Below are positions 12,151 to 26,387 of a DNA stretch of 64,000 nucleotides, piece by piece. A program made the position numbers and the translations under genes. The stretch is taken from contig NC_086097.1 of assembly GCF_963921235.1 (NCBI RefSeq), positions 24,554,001 to 24,618,000 of the forward strand. Direction: 5' to 3'. This stretch comes from Mobula hypostoma. Lineage: Eukaryota. How positions within the stretch are numbered: the first letter of the stretch is position 1; the number at the start of each line of letters is the position of its first letter. The notes beneath the pieces were generated by a model that was given only the letters and a program-made list of their open reading frames with translations, was not told where the DNA came from and ran no database searches.

Positions 12151-13514
12151 AGGTGGCAACAAGGATTTTATTGTCAATTTACAGTGGTGAAGTTATCAAC
12201 TGCCTTTTCCAAACCACAAGCACAAACTACCTGCACAAAATTCTCCATTTCAAGGGATCCTGAAGGGAGAGCAGGCTGGAATGAAGATTGACAATAATGT
12301 GTTGTGACAATAGGACTTAATCCATAAAATTCATATTGTCTATTGATGATCAGTAATCTACTTTGAAATAGCCTAGTGTAGCAGGTTTTTTAAATAGTGC
12401 ACAGACACATCGCTTTCCCAGCAAGGGACTGCTCGGTGAAATGGCTTTACATCTGTAAAGCTTATGGCAAAGGATAAAACTCATCTCTGAGCACTTTCTC
12501 TATCTGATGCATGATATAATCTATCTGCAAAACGTAGACTACTCCATAATTACAGCAGTGAAATGCTAGATTGATCCGAGCAGAATCAATTCAGATTAAA
12601 TTACTTACAAAACAGAAATACTGTACACTCAGCCGGGACTTTGCCTATAAATAACCCAGTCTTGTACAGAATGATACCTCCAGGCTGCTTGCTCTCTGCT
12701 GAAAGCCTCACTTGCACGTAACACACATTCCCACAGAGCCCACTGAATTTAATCTGGAGGACATCCTGACCATCCCTTCGACCATCAGGCTCCTGGATAA
12801 CTTCACTCACTTCAACTCTGAACAGATTTCACAGCCTGTAACAACACCATAAGACCATAAGACATCGGAGCAGGATTAGGTCATCTGGCCCATTGAGTCT
12901 GCTCCGTCATGCAATCATGGCTGATCCTTTTTTCTATCTCTTTCTCAACTCCAGTTCCCGACCTTCTCCCCGTAACCTTTGATGCCATGTCCAATCGAGA
13001 ACCTATCAATCTCTGCCTTAAGCACACATAACATGCTGGAGGAACTCAGCAGGCCAGGCAGCATCTCTGGAAAAGAGTACAGTCGACGTTTCGGGCCAAA
13101 ACCATGGCAGGACAGTTTCCAGGTTTCAGCCTGAAATGTCAACACTACTCTTTTGACTTCTAGCACCTGCAGATTTTCTCTTGTTTGTGATTGGATCCAC
13201 AACCTATAGATTCACTTTCAAGGACATTACAACTCATGTTCTCCGTATGTATGTATGTATGTATTTATTTATTTATTTATTGGCACTGCTTGTCTTCTTT
13301 TGCACATTGGTTGTCAGTTTTTCATTGATTCTATTATATTTCTCTGTTGTACTATGAAAGAAGATCAATTTAAGGTAACATACACATACTTTGAGAATAA
13401 ATTTACTTTGAACTTTGAATTTATGATCATATGTATTATTATCTTTTTATTTGGCTTACTCTAGCCCCAGGTACTCATACTTGCTTCTTTCAAACTTAAT
13501 TCATATATTCATCT

Positions 13515-13872
13515 ATAGAATGGGTGGTGGGATGGAGATAAAAGGAGGTCCTTCCCTCCACTAGCCTTCAGGCCCCCCCTTGGGCAAGGTGTAGCACCTG
13601 CTTAGCCTCTCCCCCGATCAGGGCCACATGAAGCCATGATGGATGGTCGTACAAGCAGCTGGTGCAGATCACAAGTCCTGGTTATGCGACCACTGATGCC
13701 AAGCAGACAATCTCTGAAGAGTACTGATAATGGCTGGGATCATCTGTCTTGTAAAGACACTGCCAAGAAAAAGGCAATGGCAAACCACTTCTGTAGAATT
13801 TGCAATGAACAATCATGGACATAGATCATAATCATCCACGTCGTACGACACAGCACATAATGATGATGATGA
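13515..13872 (+). mobile_element. Short interspersed element with an (ATG)n tail, probably RTE-related
   Basis: Three related copies: here, 32240-32760 (-, split by a CR1 3' end) and 38820-39595 (-, split by a MITE). Shared core ccttgggcaaggtgtagcacctgcttagcc. Confidence 0.6.
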
Positions 13873-16769
13873 ATATATTGAAAACATTTGACACACTCAT
13901 ACAGCAATCCTGGAAAGAGAGACAGAGAATATTACAGCACAGAACAGGCCCCTTGGCCCATCATGTTATGCAGACCTTTTAACCAACTCTAAGATCAATC
14001 TATCTTTTCCCTCCCATATAGACCTCTATTTCTTCTCTCATCCATGTGACATTGAATGGTTCAAGCCAAAGAAGTTTCATGTGAAGTATTAAATCTGTTT
14101 CTTTTTCCAAAGCTGCGGCCAGACCTGCCGTCTCCAAATTTATTTCGGATTTCTAGCATCTGCAGATTTTTGAGTTTTATGCAAAACAAAATAATCCCAT
14201 GTTATATTACATTTTTTGTACCATTCATACGAAGTTAATCTGTTTACAGCCCCATTGGAACAATGGTGTGGAAACGGTCAATGAACATTATCTGTAAGAT
14301 GTCAAGCAATGAAATCCCAGACAAAATACCTGAATAACTTTCAGTGCATTGCAGACTGTCCATATTAGGGCTGGGGAAAGGAAAGATTGGTCATAGAATC
14401 ACAGAGCACTACAGCACAGAAACAGGCCCTTCAGCCCAACTCATCCATGGCAAACTGCTATACCGCCTGGTCCAATTGGCCTGCAGCTGGACTGTAGCTC
14501 TCCATACCTCTCCCAATCATGTACTTATCCAATATTCTCAAAAGTATTGATCAGCAGATATTTGTGGGAGTTGGGAGGGGGTGTTGTTTGGTGAAGTGGA
14601 AGATGTTGGGTAGGCAGAGGGTCTACAGTCACAAGCAGTTGCCATACCAAGCCATTATGCATCAAGTTAGGACACTTTCTATGGAGCATCCATAAAAATT
14701 GCTAAGGATAAACAGGAACATACCAAATTTCTTCAGCTTCCTGAGGAGGCATTGGTGAGCTTTCTTGGCCATGATATCGACATGGCTGGGCCACGACAGG
14801 TTATTGGCGATGTTCAGTCCTAGAAACTTGGAGCTCTCTGCCTTATCCTCCTCAGTATCATTGATGCAAACCAGACCACGTGCACCACCCCACTTCCTGA
14901 AGTCGATGAACAGCTCTTTATTGCTGACATCGAGGGAAAGGTTGCTGTCCTGACTCCATGAAGAGGTTGCCAGTGGAAGGGTTGGATGCGGCGGGGGGGG
15001 GGGGCCACATGTGGTGGGGAAGCAGCACATCAGAGAGTGGATCAGAAAGCCAGAAGCAGAGGTGTTGAGAGGAAGGGGAATGTGGAATTATTTCTTAGTT
15101 CATTTAGATGCTTCAAAAGTACATTTCTTAAAAGGAAATTGCAGGCTGCAGATTGCAGCAATTTGTAGCTCAAAACAAGTATATCTCAGAGCTGCCCCTG
15201 AAACATCGCCATTGCCTTAGGTCCTACACCACCAGGTTCAGGAACAATTATTAAGCTTCAAGCATCAAACTCCTGAACCAGAGTGGATAACTTCACTCAC
15301 CTCAACACTGAGCAGATTCCACAACCTATGGACTCACAGTCATGGACTGTATAGCTCATATTCTCAGTATTATTTACTTACTATTTGATTATTTTTTTTT
15401 AATTGTATAGTTTATCTTCTTTTGCATGATTGTTGTCAGTTTTGTTTGTGTGTAGTTTTTCATTGATCCTATTGTATTTCTCTGCTCTGTGTGAATGCCT
15501 GCAAGAAAATAAATCTCAGGGTACAGTGACATATACTTATATTGATAATAAACTTACTTTGACGTTGAAACTTGAAAGCAATGTCTGGGATAAAGGTTGG
15601 GATTGGTATCTCTGAATGGGTGTGGGACTGGATAATCTCTCAAGGGACGGAGAGTACCAGCTGGATCGGTATTGGAGGAAGATGGAAGAGCCCCTTCCTG
15701 CTCCTTGATTGGTGCTACTGCAGAGTAGTTAGCCCATGGCACTGCTCCTGCAGAGTGAGATACATTCTCCCTGCGTTCCAGCTGTTGCTGGTGTTTACTG
15801 ACTTGCCCAATAGACAAGATCCTCAATCACTTTTATTCTATTAGCCATGGGGTAGAACCTCTGTTCAAAAATCTCTGGGAACTGAACTTAAATAAACCAC
15901 GATAGCTCTGTTTACAACTCACCGCTGTGTGGTTCCAACAGCTTCTCTTCATGTATCTCGCGCATGCTTGTCACAGTGGATTTGAAGATAATGGCGCATG
16001 GCTGCAGATCGTGGTTGTGCTGTCGGTGTGAGAAGAGATGATGCAGATTGGAACAGTGCAGATTAGAAATCAGTCCTCGTAGATGCCCAGGATCACCCAT
16101 ACGTTGGGGAGAGGTTTGCTGGCAGTGGCAGAGGCTGCCTATTGCCCACAAGGTCAGGAAACTCAATAGGCTGAAGGACGAAGAGTGATCTTATTGAAGG
16201 GGGGAACAGTAGGGTAGATGTTGAGAAGTCTTCGGTGGTGGATGATTAAGATGGTGATTACCAATCAGTTCCTCTTGCTCACATTTCCCTGTAACAAGTT
16301 CTACAAGTTCTACCAGCAACCCCCCAATTGTAACCCTTGCCCACTTATTTGGGGCAATTTACAGTGGCCAATTAACCCACTGACCCTGCATGGATACTGG
16401 AGCTCAGGAGACAGTTCAAAGGAGATGTGTGGGGCAAGTTATTTTTACACACAGTAAGTCTTGGGTGTAAATGCGCTGCAAGGGTGTTAGGCCTTTCGCC
16501 TGACTTCAGCGATTGGGAAGATGATACAGTCCATTGTTAGGGATGAGGTTTCAGGGAACTTGGAGACAGACAATACAATAGGCAGGTCAACATGGTTTCC
16601 ACAAAGGGAAACCTTGCCAGACAAATCTGTTGTAATTCCTTGAGGAAAGACAAAGGAGTGTCAGTGGATGTTTTTTACTTGAATTTTCATAAGGTGCTGC
16701 ATATGAGGCTGTTAAAGATGTTAAGCACCTATGGTCTTACAGGAAAGATACTAGCATGGGAAGAAATAA

Positions 16770-17683
16770 GAAAAATCTGCAGATGCTGAAAATCTAAGCT
16801 ACACACACACAGAATGCTAGAGGAACTCAGCAGGCCAGGCAACATCTATGGAAAATACTATAGTCGACATTTTGGGCCGGGACTCTTCACCAGGACTGGA
16901 GAAAGAAGTTGAGGAGTCAGAGTTAGGAGGTGAGTGGAGGGGAGGAGGAAACACAAGGTGAAAGGTGAAACCAGGAGGGGGGAGGGGTGAAGTAAAGAGC
17001 TGGGAAGTTGATAGGTGAAAGAGGTACAGGGCTGGAAAGAACAGAAGGCAATGGAAGAAAGAAAAGGGAGAGAAGCACCAGAGGGAGGTGATGGACAGAC
17101 AAGGAGATAAGGTGAGAAAGGGAAAAGGAGATGGGGAATAGTGAAGGTGGCGGGGGGGGGGCCATTACCAGAAATTTGAGAAATTGATGTTCATGCCATC
17201 AGGTAGGAGGCTACCCAGACGAAATATAAGGTGTTTCTCCTCCAACCTGAGTGTGTCCTCATTGCGACAGTAGAGGAAGCCATGGACTGACATGTCAGAA
17301 TAGGAGTGGAAAGTGGAATTAAAATCGGTGGCCACCTGGAGATCCTGCTTTTTCTGGCGGATGGATCTTAGGTGCTTGTCTCCCAATCCATGTCGGGGCT
17401 CACCGATATACAGGAGACCACACTGAGAACACCAGATATAGTAGATGACCCCAACAGACTCACAGGTGAAGTGTCGCCTCACTTGGAAAGACTGTTTGGG
17501 GCCCTGAATGGTCATGAGAGTGGAGGTATAGGGGCAGGTGTAGCACTTGCTCCACTTGCAAGGATAAGACCAGGAGGGAGATCAGTGGGAAGGGATGAAT
17601 GGACAAGGGAGTCGCGTAGGGAGCGATCCTTGCGGAAAGCAAAAAGTGTGGGGGGGAGGGAAAGATGTGTTTGGTGGTGGTAG
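16770..17683 (-). mobile_element. Penelope-like element 3' fragment (GIY-YIG endonuclease plus terminal repeat)
   Basis: ORF 17165-17515 FTCESVGVIYYIWCSQCGLLYIGE...HLRSI...RLEEKHLIFRLGSLLPDGMNINF is a Penelope GIY-YIG domain. It is followed by a pyrimidine-rich UTR and the short terminal repeat with a degenerate hammerhead motif (16861-16900). Confidence 0.9.
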
Positions 17684-19358
17684 ATGTTCTCTCTGTGTGT
17701 CGAGAGAGGGATAATGTTCTTTGAAGAGTAGAAAGTATGAAGAAGAGATTTTAATATTATTCAACAAAATGGTAAGGTGTCATAAAATCAATATATAGAG
17801 AAAATGTTTTATTTGGTGAAGGAATAGACTCTTTTTTAAAATTCGATCATTTGTGGAGTATGTACATTTTTGCTAGCATTTACTGCCTATCCCAAATAAT
17901 CCTTTACTCATTGGCTTGTGGTGAGGAAAAGGTTAAGATTCAATCCAGAGACATGCACAGGCCAGACCAAGGAAAAATCAAATTGTCATAAGTTACAATA
18001 AAAAATGATAGTTAGATACAACAGACAGATAGATAGAAAGATAGATAGTGTTAAAGAGGAATTCGAGGTAGTGTTCATGGACCATTCAGAAATCTGATAG
18101 AAGAGGGGAAGGTGCTGTTCCTAAAATATTGAGAGTGCATCTCCAGGCTCCTGTAGCTTCTTGCTGATGTTAAAAATGTGAAAATATTATGTTCTGAATG
18201 TTAGGGGCCTTTAGTTACGGATGTTGCTTTCTGGAGGCACCACCTCTTGACGATGTCCTCAGTGGTGGGGAGCCTTGCGCCCCCTAATGGAACTGGCTGA
18301 GACTACACCCCTTGGCAGCACCTTGCGATCCTAGGCTTGGAGCCTCCATAGCAGCCAGCGATGCAACCAGTCAGTATGCTCCCCATCATACACCTGAAGA
18401 AATTTGCAAGGCTCTTTGGTGACATGCTGTACGAGTTAAGGAGAGATCCTTCTTTGAGGTAGTGTGCTTGTCACAGATACCCATCTGCATCAGTTACCAT
18501 GAGTCACCAGGTCCACACTCTGCCCTACCTTGTCCATTTAAATGATCTTCCAGCTCTTTCTTAAATGCGAGAGTGTTTACCTCCACCACCTCCTCAGGCA
18601 ATGTGTTCCAGATACCAACCACCCACCGGGTGAAAAAAATTGTTCTCATTCCTTTTGCATAAGATATGGGAGCAGAATTAGGCCATTTGTCCCATTAAGT
18701 CTGCTCCACCATTCCATCATGTCTGATTTATTATCTCTCAACCCCATTCTTCAGCCTTCTCCCTATAACCTTTGATGCCCTTAATAATCAAGAACCTATC
18801 AACCTCCTCTTTAAATACTGTATACCCAATGGCTTGGTCTCCACAGCCGGCTGTAGCAATGAATTCCACAGATTCACCGCCCTCTTGCTGAAGAAATTGC
18901 TTCTCATCTCTATTCTAAAGAAACATCCTTCTATTCTGAGGCTATGCCCTCTGGTCTCAGACTCTATTATCTTCTGTCTGGTTCATTCAAGTCTTAATGT
19001 TAGGAGATCTGACACCTGGGAGAAATTCAAAGGAGATGGAGCATTTTTTTACATAGAGAGTGTTGGGTTACTGGAATGCACTGCCAGGGTTGGTAGAGGA
19101 TGCATATAAAATAAAGACATTTAAAAAGGCTCTTGAGATAGGCACATGAATACTTTACTTTATTGTCGCCAAACAATTGATACTAGAGCATACAATCATC
19201 ACAGCGATATTTGATTCTGCGAATATGTAGGGAATGTTGTGATATAGACATTACTACTAAAATATTAGTTTCTTTATTGATGTATTTACTGGTTTAAGGA
19301 TCTGTTCCTGAGCTGTACTGTTCTATGTTCTGCACATGATCCAAACCCAGTCCAATTG

Positions 19359-22300
19359 TGTTCTGTTTTGTAACTTCAAAACATGAAACTAATCCAAAGG
19401 AAGACACATCTGTGATTCTAACTTCGTTATGCGAGGTGTGCACATATGTTGTGGTAGTGTGATGACATAACACTATTCACATATCTTTGCATTTAAGCTT
19501 AATGAATTATTTAGACAGCAAAGAATGATTAATCAATGTATTTAAAATAGTACTCAAATATTAAATCACAACACTCCTCCCTGCTTAGCTATAAACTCCA
19601 ACTCAATACTGAATGCATCTCAACTATATACACAGTATACTACATAATACAACTACTCTATAGACATCCACAGCGCAGCAACTTTTAAATTGTCCCATTC
19701 AGGCTTAAAGATTTCATTGCTATGGAGGCTTTCTTACTCTTGTGAGATAATGTCTTTCCTGAAAAGAGAGCTAACTGCTCAGCAGGTGACACTCGTGGCT
19801 GTGAAACAATCTCAGGTTCTGGGGCCTCCTCCATGATGGTTGTAGGAGTTGATTCTGAAACTGCAGGAAGTGGTTCTGACAGCTCTGGACACCTTTCTTC
19901 TCTAACAGTGGACTCTGCCCTCCTCAACTGATCGATGTGTTGCCTCCATCTGACATCAGACATCAGGTGCAGTATCTACTGTGTAGGAGAGTGGTCCTGT
20001 TCTGCCCTTAATCCAGACATCCCACCTCTCCCAGAAGTTCCGGGAGTCTCCCGCATATAAATAGTGGCTCCCTGATGCCCACAAATTATATACAATATCA
20101 CGGAAATCAATTTTTTTGAGAACGAGAGAGAGAGAACAAGAGAGAGTGACCACAAGAGAGAGAGCGAGAGCAAGCAAGCGAGAGCGCAAGAGACCACGAG
20201 AGAGAGAGGAGAGCGCGAGAGAGAGAGAGCGCGCGAGCAAGAGAGAGAGCGAGAGCGACCACGAGAGAGAGAGAGCATGCCATGGCAGAGTGTTCCAAAA
20301 AAAGAAAATATAAAACGTACGACACCCTAGGCTACCCTAAAGTGTACCCCTGCCTAATAGGGGTCAAAAATAATGACAGTGTTTCTCGCTGCACTGTTTG
20401 CAACAGTGACTTTTCTATTGCCCATAGTGGGTTAAGGCTGTAAAAGACATGTTGAGTTTAACAGGTGTCATTCGTTCATTAGCATAGCTAACGTTATTTA
20501 AACTACCTGGCTAGCTGCTAAGGAGCTACTCTATTGCAGACATCCCACCTCTCCCAGAAGTTCCAGGAGTCTCCCGCAAATTGATGGTGCTACCTCCCTG
20601 AAATGAGTTTTTGCAGGGTAGGATGTCTGTTAATCTCTCCAAACCCTCACCTGGACTGCTTGTTGAGGAATGAAACAACAAACCTCCTTGTTTGAGGAGC
20701 CTTCAGTTAGTCTCAGCTGTTTGTCCTGCATTCTCCTTCTGAGATTGGGTTGAGGAGATCCAAGTGGGAAGGCAAGGAAACAACACAGGAGCAGCACAGC
20801 TGGTGAGCTCTCGGTTGTGGAGTGTGCTGCATTGCGATATGCAAGGAGGAAATCGGCGAGCTTCTGATTCAGTGTCAGTGTCGTGTGTTCTGCTGATATT
20901 GCTCACAGTGCATTCTTTAGACTGTGGATAAACTTTACACGGAGCCATTTATAGCTGAGTGCTACGGTGCTGATGTAATCTGTCTTATTCCATCCATTTT
21001 TAGAAATGACTAAAACTGTTCCTCCCCAAACTGTGGCCCATTATCAATGACTTTAGTGTTCTGGAACCCTAGTCCTTACATAAAGGCACTCAACACATCG
21101 AGAGTGTGCGGTACTGTAGTGGAGACTATTGGGAACACTTCTGGTCACTTTGTAGCTGCATCCACTACTACCAAGAAGTTTGTGCCCATGAACAAAATCA
21201 GCAAGATCCTCATGAATCCTATGCCAGGGCAATGCCGGGCATTCTCATGGATGGAAAGATGCTGCTCTTGGCATCTTCAGGATATGTTGGCATACCAACA
21301 CGTCCTGAAGATGTGCCTCTCGATCTGCTGGTCTATCCCGGGCCATCAGACAAAGCTATGAGCCAACACTTTCATTTTAACCGGCATTGTAGCTTCTCCA
21401 ACACTTTGGCTCTCAGCTTGAGTGTACAACACTCATTCTGTCAAGGGCAATTCACTTCAGCACTGGTAAAAAACAAAAGGCCGAACTGGAGTTCCTGCTG
21501 CCCATTCCAGCCATTCTGAGAGGCCGTGTAGACCCGAGTGGGGTCTCTTCTGGTTTCCCTTTGGATCACCTCTGCCATGATAAGGAGACTTCAGGTTTGC
21601 ATTAGGGAGAATAGAATGTCAAGAGAAGCATCAATTTTTGTAAATTTTTCCGGTACAGTATTTCCTTTCCCAAAGGTAAATTGGACAACCCAGCAGCATT
21701 TCCATGATTAGTCATCCTCGTGAATTCAATCTTGTAATAGTGTCCCGCAAGAAACAGAGCGCATCTCTGCATTCGTGCTGCTGCCGGTAGTGGAACACCC
21801 CTCTGCGGATTGAAAGTAGACATCAGTGGTAGATGATTAGTGACGAGGGTAAACTCTCTCTCCCGTGTAAGTACTGTTTGAAAGGTTTTACACCCCAAAC
21901 CAGACTCAAAGCTTCTCTGTCGATCTGTGCTTAATTTGTCCCTGCAGCGATAAGAAAGCGTAATGCAAAGGCTATGGGACATTCACTTCCATCACTCATA
22001 ACATGTGACATGACTGCACCTACACCATAAAGAGAGGCGTCACAAGCAAGCTTTGCTGGACCACATGGATCATAATGTGTGAGTTCCATGTCTGATGTCA
22101 CCATTTCCTTTACCCTTTTGAAAGCTACCTCACATTGCTCTGTCCATTGCCATTCCTTCCCGGTCTGTAGTAATGAGATCGAGGGGTAAAGCACAGTGGC
22201 CAGGTTTTGCAGGAACCTGTTATGGCAGTTGACAAATCCTATAAGGAACCGCAATTGTGACACATCTTTTGACCATGGGTCATCCACCACAGCTTGAATT

Positions 22301-24712
22301 TTCTCAGCACACATTTTTGTTAAACTTGTGTGTCAATAGTGTGACCACAGTAAGTTGATGCTTGGTTTAGAGAATTCACACTTGTGGCACCCTGCTCTGA
22401 GCCCATAATATTATAATCTTTTAAAAACTGTCTTGAGGTATTGGAGGTATTACTTATCACCCTTATTGGTAACAATGATGTCATCCAGGTAACACTGAGT
22501 GCTGGGCAGCCTTGCATCACCTGGATTTTAGCTCTGTACCAGAATGCAGGTGCAGGTTTTACTTCAAAAATAAGCCTATTATAGTGACAAAGCCGTGTGT
22601 GTGTGCTTATGGTGAGAAACACTTTGGCCTCTTCTTCCATCTCCATCTATAGAATGGCCTCAGCTCAGTACATTTTGCAGAAGTGTTTCTCTTCAGAAAG
22701 TTTCACACAGGTATCCTCTATCCAGAGCAGAGGGTATTGATCTACTTCCAATACTGGGTTAATGTTGATCTTAAAATCACCACAGACTCTGAGAGACTCA
22801 TTTTGCTTGGCTACTGGGACCCCTGGCATTGCCCATGGGCTCCACTCAACCTTACAAAGAACTCCTTCAGCCTCCATGCGATCTAGCTCACTGGCTACTT
22901 TATCACGGATGGTATGAGAAACTGGACAGACTTTGTAAAACTTAAGGTGTGACACTTTCAGTTAGCACTATTTTACTTTTGATACGTTTGAGCTTTCCAA
23001 TGCCATTCTTGTACACTGCCGTGGCATCATCTTAATACACTTTCAGATGGCTTCATTGCAGAAGATGTGACATTCAAGTAGTAGATGGATCTCCAGTCAA
23101 GTTGTAATTGTCTCAGCCAGTCCCATCCCCACAACGCTGGTCTTCCTCTTTTTTACTACATACAAGCTCAATGTGGCTTGTTGGTCATTGTATTTCACCG
23201 TTATGAATGACATTCCCACAGTAGATATCTTTTCTCCAGTATAAGTTCTTAGCTGGAAATTTGCAGGCTTCAGTTTAGTATCTTTGAAGTGCTGTTCAAA
23301 CTCATTTTTTGGAATGATTGGAACAGCTGGACTAGTGTCCAACAGCATATTAATTAATTTGTTGTTCACTTCTGGTGTAAGCTATATTCCTTGCTTATTG
23401 TTAGTTTTCACATTGTAAATCTCAAAGTTATTCAGTCCTGTAACACTCTCATCACGATCAGATTTGTCATCGACAGCGTGCAGATCAGTACACTTTTTGA
23501 TACTGTAGTTTGAACTTCTATCTTTTTCTCTTCTCTGTGCAATCCATTTTATTTTTGTCTGCCCTGCGTGCTCTTTGTATGTGTATTATTTTAAAGTATT
23601 TTCTGCAAGTTTTTCCTTTAATCCTGCATTGGTCAAGTGTATGTGAGCCCCTGCCACAACAGTGGCACAATTTGATCAGCCAAGCCGGTTTCTGCTTAGA
23701 AGTTGCAATTTTTTTTCACTTTCACTTTCATTCCTGACTGCAACTCAGTTGCATCTGTGTCTGCTGTTTCCATTGATACAACAATTTCAACTGCTCTTTT
23801 AAATGTAAGTCTTGCATCAAGTGGGAGTCATTTTTGAATGCTTTCTTTAAGGTTCCACAATCTACCCAAGCTCCCAGTGCATATTTAAGCCTATTAATGA
23901 GCTAACAATCCTCAGACAATCTCTTCAATTCAGCCATGTCTCTAAAATGAACTCCCCATCCTTTCGATTCTGCTTATGAAACTTAAAACTGTTCTGCAAT
24001 CAACAATGGCTTTGGTTCCAAGTGCTCCTGCATTACTTTCGCAATATTAACAAAGCTCATTTCTGCAGGTTTGGTTGGAGCAGTTTAACTTCAAAGCAAG
24101 TTGTATGCATTTACGCCCAATGCACTTAGCAAAATTGGTATTTGTTTCTCACTGGCTATTTCATTTACTTTAAAATACTGTTGAATTAGCTCAGTATAAA
24201 TGAGCCAGTTACCCACTGTGTAATCAAACCCCCATCAATCTTTCTGACGTAGCCAGCCCTTTCTGATTTTTTAATTTATGATTATTATCACCGGATACTC
24301 ACTGTTTATGAACCCCAAATTCTTCCAATTCCTGTATTTTTGTTTTAACACAATTGTCTCTGCACACGCTGCACTGTTTTTTACTCACCATTCCTCAGTG
24401 TTTTTTTAAAAATTGAACAGGTCAGTAACCATATCAGATTTGTTTTAGAAGTACCTTGTTGCCACTGTTATGTTTTGCAACTTCAAAACATTAAACAAAT
24501 TCAAGGGAAGACACAGCAGGCCATGATGTGAGTCAAAATTTGTTCTTTACTTAAAGTGGGGTGTATGCATATCACGTGGTAATGTGAGACATATGCAATT
24601 TGCATGTTTTTGCACATAACCATAATGAATTATATAAACAACAAAGAATATTGCATCCAACAATATATTAACCAGAGTACTCAAATATTACTGAAATATT
24701 AAATGCACAACA
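19359..24712 (-). mobile_element. Gypsy (Ty3/Metaviridae) LTR retrotransposon, complete architecture but decayed
   Basis: LTRs 19359-19573 and 24466-24712 (TG...CA). 5-bp TSD AATTG at 19354-19358 and 24713-24717. PBS TGGCAACAAGG next to the 5' LTR, PPT AAGCAGGGAGGAG at 19574-19586. Gag CCHC knuckles (~23680-23560), protease LLDTS, RT (WAMPGVPVAK..RVCGDFK), RNase H (LACDAS.YGVGAV) and integrase in Gypsy order, broken by many stops and frameshifts. Confidence 0.95.
20014..20629. mobile_element. Non-autonomous TIR DNA transposon inserted in the Gypsy integrase tail
   Basis: TIRs cagacatcccacc / gggtaggatgtctg. 6-bp TSD TTAATC at 20008-20013 and 20630-20635. Internal GA-rich microsatellite at ~20118-20275. 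Removing the insert restores the Gypsy frame GEIKGRTGPLSYTV. Confidence 0.9.
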
Positions 24713-26339
24713 AATTGGTTTTACTCTTGTTTCACTCAATACATCGTCATCATCATCGATAACCTGTGACTAAATGACTATACCAAGGGACCACAATCTG
24801 AGCAAGGGTTGAGGAACCTCTGAGTGAGAAAACAAATTAACTTTCCTTCAGAGAAAACAGAACCACTTGTATCTCTGTAATGCCTCCTGAAGCCCAAATC
24901 CCACTACAACCAACGCTGTACTTTTCCAATTTGTTCTGCGGGTAACACTACTGTATATCCACTCGGTGCATAGCAAGATTCCATGGACAGCAAATCCATC
25001 TTGATTGATTATCCACTTTCTTTCAGCAATGTTGGGTGAGCGATAAATGTGCACAAGCACATCCCCTGCTCGCTTTGGGATCTTTCACTTCCTACAGAGA
25101 TAGCAGATGTAGGCACAATTCAACATCAAATCTGCCTCAGAGCCCCTCAGGAGGTTCCCACGGATCTGCACTTACCAAATGAGTTCCTTCTCCTGGGCTT
25201 GGAATATGAGAGGGGAACATAGAAAATGGAACACTACAGCACAGTACAGACTCTTCAACCCACAATGTTGAGCCGATCTTTTAACCTACTCTAAGATCAA
25301 CTTAACCCTTTCCTCTCACACAGCTTTCCATGTGCCAATCTAAGAGTTCCTTCAGGCTGCACAGTAACATATCGGTCAGCGCAATCACTTTACAGCACCA
25401 GCGATCCACAATCGAGGTTCAATTCCCAGTTTCATCCAGTTCCCTCTCACTTTCCAAACATGTACAGTTAGAGTTGGGGTTAGTAAGTTGGGGGCATGCT
25501 GTGTTGGCAACACATGCTGGCTGCCCCCAGCACAATTCTCGCTAGTTTGATTACAGACTCAAAGGGCTTAATTCTGCTCCTATGTCTTGTGGTCTTAAAT
25601 GTCCCTAATGTATCTGCCTCTACCACTACCCCTGGGAGCATGTTCCATGCACCTGCCACTCTCTGTAAAAAAAATAATCCACCTCTGACATCCCCTCTAT
25701 ACTTTCCTCCAATCACCGTAAAATTATGCCCCTCATATTAACCTTATGAGAGAGGAAGAGAAAAGTCTTGATGAAGGGTCTCGGCCTGAAATGTTGACTC
25801 TTTATTCCTTTCTATAGATTCTGCCCGACCTGCTGAATTCTTGCAACGTTTTGCAAATGGATTTCCAGCATCTGCAGAATCTCTGTGTTATAATATTTCC
25901 CATTCCAAGTTAATTTGATTCACCAATCCCATTAAAGCTCCACACCTGTGACCGGAAATGTCTACAGCCTGTTGATCTGGGTCTCTCGATTTCTTGCAGC
26001 AAAGGAGACTGAGGAGGGAGCCTGACTGAGAGATGCAAAGACTATGAGAGATGTAGATCATAAAAATCTTTTCATGCTATCCGAGACAAGAGGGCACAGG
26101 TATAAAGTGAAGAGTGAGAGGTTTAGAGGGGATCTGAGGGAGGACTTACCTTTGACACCAGCCCTCCCCCCAATACTTTCCTCAATCACCTGAGAATTTA
26201 TTTTTGCACAGAGGGAAAATGCATTCTAGAACACACTGCCTGAGAAGATGCTGGGGGCGAGACACTCATGATGTTTTCTGTCACAGTCTGGATGAGCACC
26301 TGAATCAGCAAGGCAGGGTAGGCTATCGGCTTGGTACTG

Positions 26340-26340
26340 G

Positions 26341-26385
<45 letters not shown>
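26340..26385. repeat. (TG)n microsatellite
   Basis: Direct reading. Similar tracts at 28867-28906 (TG then AG) and 37862-37899. Confidence 0.95.

Positions 26386-26387
<2 letters not shown>

Noticed and set aside
19956..20325. Ser/Leu/Arg/Glu-rich ORFs
   Set aside because: Translations of the GA microsatellite inside the TIR element.
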